A DNA stretch of 64,000 nt. Origin: Anthoceros angustus (lineage: Eukaryota > Plantae > Anthocerotophyta). This document shows, piece by piece, positions 27,445 to 40,167 of the stretch (its first letter is position 1; every line of letters begins with the position of its first letter). The stretch is from NCBI GenBank assembly GCA_010909165.1, contig MU008162.1, positions 682,001-746,000 on the forward strand. Direction: 5' to 3'. Under the pieces are notes generated by a model. That model had not been told where the DNA came from, searched no databases, and saw only the letters and a list, made by a program, of their open reading frames with translations. The position numbers and the translations under genes were made by a program.

Positions 27445-28149
27445 TCTCGTCACGGCCCATCGTGTGTGTGACATGATGTTTTTTGCTGTATTGTACTCAA
27501 ATATGCCACGGTATCTTCAGGATTCCTTCATATAATACACGTACAATATGTGCCACATCAGCCTCCGTAGGACCCTACGCAGGCAAAAAAACTTTCTATT
27601 ACACACTTTTGGCCTAGTGTTCCCATTGTGTCATGCAGAAGTTTTGTTGTTTGGGGTTTTAGGGTTACAATCACCACACACACATGTTTACACGTTTATT
27701 TCGACAAAGTTTGGCCTGCATGTTGGCTTCGCTCTCGCGTGAAGGGTTTGCTCTCGCGCGATAGTGGCTACAACATGCATCTAAAGCTTGTGCATCGTGC
27801 AGCATAAGAGGCTCAGCCTAGGCACGGGTTTAGGGTCCTTTGTCTCATTTCTCCTCACTCCCCTTCATCATATAGCATCTGATGGCGTGGAGAAGGCATC
27901 CAGGCCACTCTAGACAACCTTCATGCCTTGTCCATGCCATCAGAAACATGTAGCAGCTGGCACAACCCTAACCACAAGTGGGCAAGAGAAAAAAAGTTTG
28001 TGTGCATATCAGCTTGACGAGATCGACACATCAAGGGGCCGCGGCGAACACCGATGTGGTCACCTATGGAATACCGATATTGTCACGGGCCATCCATATC
28101 TTTTTAGGGTCCTGTACAGAAAGAAATAGTCCCGCCGCATGGTATTTTT

Positions 28150-28345
28150 CAAATAAATCAAAACAAACGGGGGGAAAAATCTTCAGCAAGGGTTGAAGGT
28201 GACCAGCTTTGTGTTCAATATGTCCAAAAACTCGTTAGTATTTTTTTTAATTTGTAATTTTAAAATAAGTCAAAACAAACCGGGGGAAAAATCTTCAGCA
28301 AGGGTTGAAGGTGACCAGCTTTGTGTTCGATATGTCAAAAAACTT
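28150..28345 (+). repeat. Two copies of a unit of about 75 bp shared with the 27.1-27.3 kb element
   Basis: AAAACAAAC(G/C)GGGGGAAAAATCTTCAGCAAGGGTTGAAGGTGACCAGCTTTGTGTTC occurs twice here and in similar form at about 27120-27195. Confidence 0.85.
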
Positions 28346-28417
28346 AGAAACTTGTTAGTGTTGTTGCAAGCTAAGGTGACGCTAGCTCGTGCAGCGAGGC
28401 GATGTGGGTGATGGAGT

Positions 28418-31688
<3,271 letters not shown>

Positions 31689-32530
31689 GATATCAAGAAG
31701 TGCACTAGATGATTGAGAAATAGGAGCATATTGTTCACATATATAAGCATATAAGGGAAAGCTTTCTCGATGACAGATATATTTGTTTCGCTATAATGAT
31801 AGATTATTATTGAAAATAATAATATTTTCTATAGATTATTTGTTATTAGACATCACCATATATTTAAGTGAATGGCATGTCACACAAGTACACCCATCTA
31901 TAAAATACTCTGGTCCCTGGACCCCCTGGTCTCCTTCGGTTGTCCCCTCCTGGATGGGCTTTTCCCATCGTTTTTTCACCTCAATAAAATCTTCTTCTTA
32001 AAATACTTTGTAGAGTTCCTGATTATAATTATGCTTATTACCATTGTTCACTTCAAACATGAAGATTACTAGAGCCATGCAACCTAAGAGTGAGATAAAT
32101 ATTAGAGCTTGAAAAAAGCAAAACCACTTCTTATGTGATCAAGACCTGAAGATATTATTTAACTCCTTTGTAGTTATCTCATCTCAACTCATATGAAAAA
32201 TAACATTGGAGTATGATCTCATGATTACTGAAACCACCTTCTACTAACTTAGTAAACGTGAGATTGTTAGACACGCTGTGTAGAACAATGGAGGGAGTTA
32301 AGATTGATAGGAAGTGGAGCTTCACAGACCGTCACATATTAACCCTCCAAGAGCAAGGAATTTTCTTTCTAGATTAGAAAGGATGAGACTTTATTTTTGG
32401 AGGGTGAACAAAAAAAGAGATTATTTCACCAAAAAAAAGAACGAGATTTTATTATTAAAAAATATTAAAAATTATATAAAATCAACTCAACTATGTTTGA
32501 CTAAAGTTGTAATGAACAGAGGTAGATTAT

Positions 32531-32880
32531 CCCATCTACATCAATACAATATGAAAGGGAGATCCCTGTAAATTGGAATAGTATACTCCATGAAGGTTTG
32601 AAAGAAAATCCTACGGGCCCTCGCAAGTCAAAACTTGAAATATGAAAAAACCCTCAGCAATGGACACCTTTAGTATGAAGAAGGCCACGAAGTAAGAAAA
32701 CCTACCTCTCATCTACGTCAATACAATGTGAAAGGGAAATCCATATAAATTAGAGAAGTATAGTCCATGAAGGTTTGAAAGAAAATCCTATGGGCCCTCG
32801 CAGATCAAAACTTGAAATCTGGAAAAAAACTTCAGCAATGGACACCTTTTGTATGAAGAAAGCCACGAAATAACAGAAAC
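32531..32880 (+). repeat. Two diverged tandem copies of a 177-bp AT-rich unit
   Basis: CATCTAC at 32533 and 32710. Both copies share CCATGAAGGTTTGAAAGAAAATCCTA and CAGCAATGGACACCTTT. Confidence 0.85.
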
Positions 32881-32894
32881 GAGTGCTTGCTCCA

Positions 32895-33000
32895 TATATG
32901 CCTACGCAAATGGTAGGCATTGGCACATCCTTGCGGAAAAATTGTGCATATATGCCTAGGCAAATGGTAGGCATTGGCACATCCCTTGTGGAAAACTTGT
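32895..33000 (+). repeat. Tandem duplication of about 55 bp
   Basis: ATATGCCTA(C/G)GCAAATGGTAGGCATTGGCACATCC occurs twice. Confidence 0.8.
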
Positions 33001-33178
33001 GGAGTTCATCACGCTTGTATGCACTTTTTCAAACTATGTAGCCTCATACTTTTTCAAACTATGTTTTCGGACGATGTGGCCTCACGCTTTTTCAAGTAAG
33101 TAAAGTTTGAATGTAAAGGATAGCATTCACTGCTTCACTTGGGAGGCATGGCACCGTACATGGCAGATACGGGATTCG

Positions 33179-33530
33179 AACAACAACAACAACAATTTTA
33201 TTTATGTCCACTAAGGATGGAAGCACCAGCATGGGACAGAGACACTACAACATAAAAAGAGGTGAAAAACTGAAAACACATAACTTGAATTACATGGACG
33301 GTAACCAGGTGCCAACTCTCCGAGTGAGCAGTACACACGTACACACAAGGTAGACTTCTGACCTAGTAGAATAGGACTGCATGGTGAGGACGATGCGCAG
33401 ACGCGCAGTTGGTCCAGGTCCCATGACAGAAATTTCCATCCAAGTGAAAAAAAGAAAGAAGAAGAATTTTATTTAAATTAACTTTACTTAAGTCCACTCA
33501 GGACGGATTTCCGTCATGGCAAGACATGAT
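33179..33530. mobile_element. Cluster of LINE/SINE 3'-tail fragments in both orientations
   Basis: (AAC)n-ATTTTATTTATGTCCACTAAGGATGG..CATGGGACAGAGA matches 63575-63660. A + oriented GTCCCATGACAGAAATTTCCATCC sits at about 33417. A - oriented GTCCACTCAGGACGGATTTCCGTCATGG at about 33493 matches copies 18379 and 46812. Confidence 0.7.
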
Positions 33531-33940
33531 AGAAGAAAAGAAGACGACATGACCGCGCGGTGAGGAAGAAGCGCAGGCGCGCGGTTGGGGCCTGTTGCCA
33601 TGTTTATGCATGGATAACGCGGATATTCTGTTCCCATGGAGTGACGACCCGGCCCGACCCGGCCCGGCCCAAGCCCTCGCTATTCCCGCGGCGTCATGCA
33701 CTTCAAATATGCTGTGCCTTGAGGAAGCCCGGAACCGCCACGAGCTGGATTTTGCTCCACGCATCACGTCACGACCCGAGGGGCTTGGTGTTTTGAAAGG
33801 GGCAGCAATTCTGCGACGACGTTGGGGAGTGGCAAATTTCTGGTTGCCGACCGGCATTTTTCGATCGTCGGGGGAGGGAGGCCGGGGAAAGGTATAATCC
33901 GGCAGGAGAAGCAGCTCCGATGCTGTAGGCTAGCAATGCC

Positions 33941-36073
33941 ATGGCGCCAGGGCGGCCGCAGCGGCTGGCGCGCAGCTCTGTGTCTTACAAGGACGCGCCC
34001 TCGGACGAGGACGAGGTGGCCAGGGAGCTCCCGCAGGCCGTGGAGCAGGCCCGGCCTAAGCGTAGCCTGAGCCTGAAGCGGTCTTCCAGAGCTCAGGTGA
34101 GGAGATTCTGGGAAACGGTTTTTGGGTTTTTGTGGGTTTTGGGAGAGATAATTGGAGGCCTGGTCTTGACTGTGGCTTGTTGCCTATGTGCTGCTCGGTG
34201 TCTGTGTCTGGCAGGAGCGGGCTAATGCTAAGGTCTTACATTCCGCTGCCTCTCCGTGCTTTGCCTAGTTTCTGAGACATGAGATGAAATGAGGCAACTT
34301 GGTATCTCTGACCTAGGGGGATTCTGGTGGTTGAAGGAGGTTTCTTCTCTTGCAGTCATACAGAGTGTCTGCATGTTGTGTGGAGGTTCTGGAGTTGACG
34401 TCCAGTGGCTTTTCGTTGCAGGACCGTGCTGAAGCGAAGCAACTGGAGAGGGCCATCTCCGAGTCCTTGAACTCTGCTTTTGTGCACACCTACAGTCGGG
34501 GAGGGGATAAGGGCTCTCGTGTCAAATTCCGAGAATGTGATCTTGAGGCCAGGGAAGCTGGCCAGATTCTCCAGAGGTTGCATCAAACTCCGGAGGATGT
34601 TGCTTTTCAGGCTCCACTCGATGCATTTTCGGTGGAGAACAGTTCCTCAGGGGCGTGTGGGCAGGCAGCCAAGGAAGTGCTCGCTCCCCAGGTGTGCGAG
34701 GTATGCACAATTTGCTGTGCTCTGAAGCAGTCATTTCTCGCGGAAGGGATGCGACACTGAAGTGCATCATCTGCCCTGACAGGAGCAAGAGGATCAACCT
34801 CAGGCTCCAGTCGCTGCAGAGGAGCTTCCTGTGCGTCAAGCATCTCCAGATCTCGAGATTGGGGACGAGGGTGGTCACCCTCAAGACCAGTTGAATTCTG
34901 TCGACTCGGGTGACCAAAGAAGGGAGAGCTGTGAGGATGAAGAGGATGAGGACGTAGCAGCTTCCAGCGAGGATGACCAGGCAACGAGAAAATTTACTGC
35001 TGATGTCAAGGCTAGTGTTCTCACATCCCTGGTGTGGTAAAAATGTACCTTCGTCCAATCATCCAGCTGACATGGGATGTCCTGCAGGGCCCAGGCAGGG
35101 AAACGAATGCACGGAGACGGAAAGATGACGACGAATGGTCGGCTGATGAGGAAAGTGAAAGCGAGGAAGACGAGGACGATGTATTTGCGCAGGACTCGGA
35201 TGATTCTGATATCGGCAAGGGTGGAGCTAAGAAGAAAAGGACGGCACATCCGGCGTCCAACAGATCCGACGTGATCAAACGAGCTCGCTCTAATAGGGTA
35301 AAGTGGGTGAATGATGTCTATCCCAGGTTCAAGTTTCTCTGAGCTTGCCTTTTCTTACCTCCAACTTGCAGGCAGCGCCGATGAAGCCAATGTGTACAAA
35401 AGAAGCCTCTCCCAAGGTGCCGAAGATGCCAATGTCGGACACCAGGACAAGGCCAGCAGCCAAAGTGACTGAACCTTCAAGTCCTGTCCAGGGGAATGTA
35501 AACCTCCAAACCTTCCAAGCAACCGAGCACCTTGAATTTCATGGTTTCCTTTTCTCTAACCAAGTGCTCGTTCTATTCAAGCAGGTAAATGCTGCTGCGA
35601 AGGTCACTTTTGTGAAAGCTGGGAACCAAAAGGGTACAACAACTTCAGGTAAGAGATCTCGACAGCAACAGCCCAGAGTTCATGCCATCGTGCAGTTTTT
35701 GGGCGAAACCTTTTTGTTCCCTTTGTATCCATGGTAAAGGAGTTGTCGCTTCTTCAGGTTTGCAACCTGCAAGGCTGCCCCTGAAGCCTCTAAACCACAT
35801 TTCAACACCCTCCAAGACAAGCGCTCTAGCGGCAGCATCAGGTGATATCTCCTCCCCTCCTCCTTTGCCTTCTCCCGTGGATTTGTAGGTGTTTTTTCAG
35901 CCAACAGGAACAGCAGAAGCACCATTGGGTTCGGATGTGTGATATTGATCTGCTTTCCACACACAGGCACTGGTCCCCCCTTGCAGTTTCCGAATGCACC
36001 ACATCGGCGAGTGCTAGGCTTGTCAAAGCGGTACCAGCCTCCGCCCCTGCACCCCTATTTGCAGGGAACGTAG
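33941..36073 (+). CDS. Low-complexity acidic/basic protein of about 400 aa, laid out like RAD51AP1/NUCKS, ending in a GLSK...PLHP motif
   Basis: Eight phase-consistent exons: 33941-34096, 34422-34700, 34783-35010, 35088-35297, 35372-35497, 35585-35648, 35758-35841, and 35889 or 35968 to 36073. C-terminus HRRVLGLSKRYQPPPLHPYLQGT*. Support for the gene model is good; the family assignment is tentative. Confidence 0.65.
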
Positions 36074-36252
36074 TTGACTGGTGTGTCATCAAGATAAACT
36101 GGGTGGCTCTGCTCTCGATGCCTTGGTTGACGGAAGGAGCTAGATTACCTAGATTAACATCGCAAGATGGTCTGCAAAGAACTTGCTTTCCTCCTGCTGT
36201 CCTTCCCGACAGACAAGCTGCATTGTTTTTATAATGTTATCGCAGCCCAGCA

Positions 36253-38493
36253 CTATAAGATGGATGCCAAGTTGCGCTTCAAGCCAGCGCTGAAAGTTTC
36301 TTGATCAGGGCAAGACCATGACATGGCCCTCCTTAACTCTCTCAACTTGGCATACACCAAATCTTTCTGCTTGTGGTTTCTGTCCTGGACTACAAAGACA
36401 TGCACCTGGCCCCCCAGTTCAACCCAGCTCTTCCCTGGCTGTTTCCACGCACCTGCCTTCGCTCTCATTTCGTCGATCTTCCTGGCCTCCTTCCACAAGT
36501 CAGCCTCAGCATAGATGTTGGACATAACTATATAGGAAGTGCTGTGTTTGGGTTCTAGCGTGACAGCAGAATCGAACGCCTTTCTTCCTAGTTGCACGTT
36601 CCTGAACTTTCGGCAGGCACCCAGCAGACACAACCATATGGCCAGGTTGGGCTGGATAGGCATCCTCGACAAAATGTCCTGCACCTCATCAAAGCGTCCC
36701 GCACGAGCAAGCATATCAAGCAGGCTAGCATAATGCTGAATAGTTGCGGCGATCCCATATTCCCCTGTCATGCAATCGAAGTACTTGAGGCCATCGTCCA
36801 CCAAGCCAGCATGACCGCAGGCAGTAAGTATGGATACAAATGTGACTCCATTGGGATTGATGCCGGCCTGTTGCATTTCTTTCAACAGATTCAAGGTCAT
36901 CCTATGCTCCCCCTGACGAGCATACCCTGCAATCAATGCACTCCATTGCAGCACATCCTGCCTAGGCAGACTATCAAAGACAATCCGAGCAGAATCCATG
37001 CACCCACATTTTCCAAATGCATGGACGAGAGAGGTAGATACTGCATTCAGATCCATTCCGATGTTTAATACATCATGATAGACCTGAGTGCACATATTCA
37101 GAGCCCCTATATTGCTGCATGCTTTGAGAAGAGAGATAAAAGTGGCAGACGTTGGCATCACACCAGCTTCCCGCATTTGAGCATACAGTTGCATCGCCTC
37201 CTCACCATGTTCTTGTTGAGCATATCCAGCCATCATTGCATTCCAACAAACAACATCCCGTTCACATAACTTGTGGAAGATCTGCTTTGCATCCACCATG
37301 CTCCCACACTTTGCATACATATCAACAAGGGCTGTTCCGACAAACACATCTGACTCGCACCCTTTGCTTAAAACATCACCATGAATGGCATGACCCATCT
37401 TGAGGGCTTGCACTTTTAGCAGTTGTCCCTTGACAAACACAGACTCTTCCCCTGCTGCAAGGCTGCCACAAGCTTTCAATACGCTGACAAATGTCCAAGT
37501 ATTTGGCTTCACGTCGTCTCCTTTCATTTGGTGGTAAAGTTGCAAAGCCGCCTCACCTTGTTCTTGCTGCGCATATCCACCAATCAATGCACTCCAAGAC
37601 ACTACATTGCGGTGGTGCAGGTCGTTGAAAACTCGTTGCGCATCAAGCATGCTTCCACATTTGGCATATGTATCAACCAACGTGGTTCCCAGAAATACAT
37701 CTGCTCCAAAACCCCCTCTCACAATATCAGCATGGATTTCCTTGACCTTTCTCAGAGAGTTCAGCTTCATCTGTTGTCCATCACAAGTTCCAGCCTCTTC
37801 TGCAGCCGACAGGCTTCCACAAGCTTTCAAAGCACTGATGAAAGCCCGATCATCTAGTCTCACACCCTCCCTTTGCATCTGCTCAAAAAGCTGCAAAGCT
37901 TTCGCCCCCTGCCCTTGCTGTGCATAGCCAGAAATCATGGCACTCCATACGACCACATTCCGCTGGGGAACCCTGTCAAACACTTGCTGGGCATCTACCA
38001 TGCTCCCACATTTGGCATACATGTCAACCAGAGCAGTTGCCACGAACAGCTGCAGCTCACACTGGTCCTGAACCACTCTGACATGAACCCTCTTGCCCTC
38101 CTGCAGATCTACCAGGCCGCTACAGGCTCGAAGTACACTCACATATGTGTACTTGTCCGGATTGACACCCTCTGCCACCATCTGGTGGTAGCGTTTCAAA
38201 GCCTCTCCATTCTGCCCATTTTTGACAAGCCCTGAGATACTGGATGTCCATGTGAAAGTACTGCGTTGTGGCACCCTGTCAAACACCTTGAGGGCACCCG
38301 GCAGACCTCCACAGCCCACAAACACGCTGACGATGGAATTACCCACATAGCTGCTGGACTCTAGCCCAGCCTCAACAATATGGGCATGAACTCTCCATCC
38401 TTCATCCAGGGCCTTCATCCTTGAGCATCCTTGCAGCAGATACCCGTAAGTCCCAGCAGGAAGCACCACAGCCCGCTGGCTCAGGAGGTGCAT
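36253..38493 (-). CDS. PLS-class pentatricopeptide repeat protein with E/E+ extension and no DYW domain (organellar RNA-editing factor type), intronless
   Basis: Repeated LVDMYAKCGSM.DA..VF...RNVVSW motifs, HYASLLDMLARAG, and E+ KQPGKSWVEL..HVFVVQDRNH. The ORF ends without HSE/CxDC/DYW. Confidence 0.92.
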   Translation of the reverse strand: MHLLSQRAVVLPAGTYGYLLQGCSRMKALDEGWRVHAHIVEAGLESSSYVGNSIVSVFVGCGGLPGALKVFDRVPQRSTFTWTSSISGLVKNGQNGEALKRYHQMVAEGVNPDKYTYVSVLRACSGLVDLQEGKRVHVRVVQDQCELQLFVATALVDMYAKCGSMVDAQQVFDRVPQRNVVVWSAMISGYAQQGQGAKALQLFEQMQREGVRLDDRAFISALKACGSLSAAEEAGTCDGQQMKLNSLRKVKEIHADIVRGGFGADVFLGTTLVDTYAKCGSMLDAQRVFNDLHHRNVVSWSALIGGYAQQEQGEAALQLYHQMKGDDVKPNTWTFVSVLKACGSLAAGEESVFVKGQLLKVQALKMGHAIHGDVLSKGCESDVFVGTALVDMYAKCGSMVDAKQIFHKLCERDVVCWNAMMAGYAQQEHGEEAMQLYAQMREAGVMPTSATFISLLKACSNIGALNMCTQVYHDVLNIGMDLNAVSTSLVHAFGKCGCMDSARIVFDSLPRQDVLQWSALIAGYARQGEHRMTLNLLKEMQQAGINPNGVTFVSILTACGHAGLVDDGLKYFDCMTGEYGIAATIQHYASLLDMLARAGRFDEVQDILSRMPIQPNLAIWLCLLGACRKFRNVQLGRKAFDSAVTLEPKHSTSYIVMSNIYAEADLWKEARKIDEMRAKAGAWKQPGKSWVELGGQVHVFVVQDRNHKQKDLVYAKLRELRRAMSWSCPDQETFSAGLKRNLASIL

Positions 38494-38769
38494 CACATCA
38501 ACCGCCTCCTGAGACACAAACTCTTCGACGTTCCAAAGCCAGGATTCTTGCCCGCGCTGCAGGATCCACTGGGCACCACGGCCAGCTCCAGTCAATCATC
38601 CCATCAACATTCAGTCCTTAATTCATTGTTCTTCCCATTCCGGGTTCACTCTGTTCCTTCACATTCTGGTTTCACTATGCTCTTCACATTCATATATATG
38701 AAAGGCGGTCGGTCGGTCAGTGTGGGGAGGCTTTTCCCATCCTGACTGTGAACACAGAGCTCGGGTGCG

Positions 38770-40167
38770 ATGGAGCCGCAGGAATGGAGTCGGGAGAGCG
38801 GGACAAGCAAATCGAGCGAAATGCCGCACTTGAAGCTCTACATCGTGGAAGGTGGGTTCAACGGAGCTGTGTGCCTGACGGCGGAGATGCGCGAGAGGGT
38901 ATGGGGCGGGCTGCCGTCGGAGCTGCTGGAACGGGTGCTAGCGATGCTGCCCACCACCACCCTCCTCCGATTCCGCGCTGTGTGCAAATCCTGGCGGACT
39001 CTCCTGGAATCTTCCAAGTTCCAGGACCTGGTGGCAGCGTCGGGAGCCCGGCATCCCCCTGTGCCGGGCCCTGTCTGCTCCTTCCAAATGGTGCCCTCTG
39101 CGCTGCCCTGGCGGAGGCTGCAGCCCGCGCACCCGCTGGCCGGCGGGGCAGGCGGATTCATGTGCGATGTCTGCCGGGTGGATCTCTCCTTCCTCCCGAA
39201 AACCGTGCTGGCGTGGGGATGGAGCACCACTTTGGCGCAGGACGGGCTTCTCTGCATCTTCAACTCCCGGTTCTCCAACCAGCTGACGGGCATCTGCGTG
39301 GTGAACCCCATGACCCGGTCCTGGAAGGTGATCCCCATGGTGGCCATGATGGGGTTTAGGATGGCGGAGTGGAGAGTGAAGGTGCTGGTGCAGGAGAAGC
39401 GGAAGGAGGGGCCTGATCCCGGGTTCCGGCTCATCGTGGTGTGGGACGGGGAGGGCGGACCTGGGTTCGGGGTCTTCTCCTCTTTGAGCAACAGCTGGGA
39501 CGTGAGCCCCTGGCATCGGCAGCGGCTTCCCCGTCTCCGGCGCACGGATCGCCGGGGCTTTCAGCTTTTCGGATCCGTCTTCCATTTGGATGTGCTGACG
39601 AGCAGGGCGATCTACAGCTACAGCACCTTGGGGGATCCCTCGGATGGGGACTATGTGCCGGGGAACACGGTGAGCACCATGGGAGTGTGCCCGCTGGAGG
39701 GGGTACACCCTGGAGCGGGTCCGGGTTTGTTGACGGGGCCGGACATCTGCTTCCACACCAGGGATCTGGTGTTGGTTGAGCATGAAGATGTGGTGTACTT
39801 CGTGGTGGGGTATAGGCAGGGGTCGGGGCGGCAGGCTGCTGTGGAGATTGGGGTGCTGGATCAGGGGGATATGGTTTGGAATCGGGTGAGCGTGTTGCCC
39901 ATCGCGGATCTGACTAGCAAGTGGCTGCCTAGTGCCAAACGTAGCCTTGAAGGGGGGGAGGAATTTATGGGTCTTGGCGGGGCTGTGGTGCTGGGAGACT
40001 GCATCTGGTTGTCTGTCGGAGTGTCCGGTGACTGGCATGTGCTGAAGTTCGACTTGCGGACGAGAGATTGGCAGTCTGTGATGCATGGTCCTCTCTTGGA
40101 TTCGGTATGTGAGCTGTGGTGCCTGGGGAACAAACTGTTTCGACCCAGAGTAGACTTCAAGTTTTGA
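38770..40167 (+). CDS. F-box protein with a beta-propeller (kelch-like) C-terminus, intronless
   Basis: F-box WGGLPSELLERVLAMLPTTTLLRFRAVCKSW, then DGLLCIF and CVVNPMTRSWKVIP. Confidence 0.88.
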   Translation: MEPQEWSRESGTSKSSEMPHLKLYIVEGGFNGAVCLTAEMRERVWGGLPSELLERVLAMLPTTTLLRFRAVCKSWRTLLESSKFQDLVAASGARHPPVPGPVCSFQMVPSALPWRRLQPAHPLAGGAGGFMCDVCRVDLSFLPKTVLAWGWSTTLAQDGLLCIFNSRFSNQLTGICVVNPMTRSWKVIPMVAMMGFRMAEWRVKVLVQEKRKEGPDPGFRLIVVWDGEGGPGFGVFSSLSNSWDVSPWHRQRLPRLRRTDRRGFQLFGSVFHLDVLTSRAIYSYSTLGDPSDGDYVPGNTVSTMGVCPLEGVHPGAGPGLLTGPDICFHTRDLVLVEHEDVVYFVVGYRQGSGRQAAVEIGVLDQGDMVWNRVSVLPIADLTSKWLPSAKRSLEGGEEFMGLGGAVVLGDCIWLSVGVSGDWHVLKFDLRTRDWQSVMHGPLLDSVCELWCLGNKLFRPRVDFKF

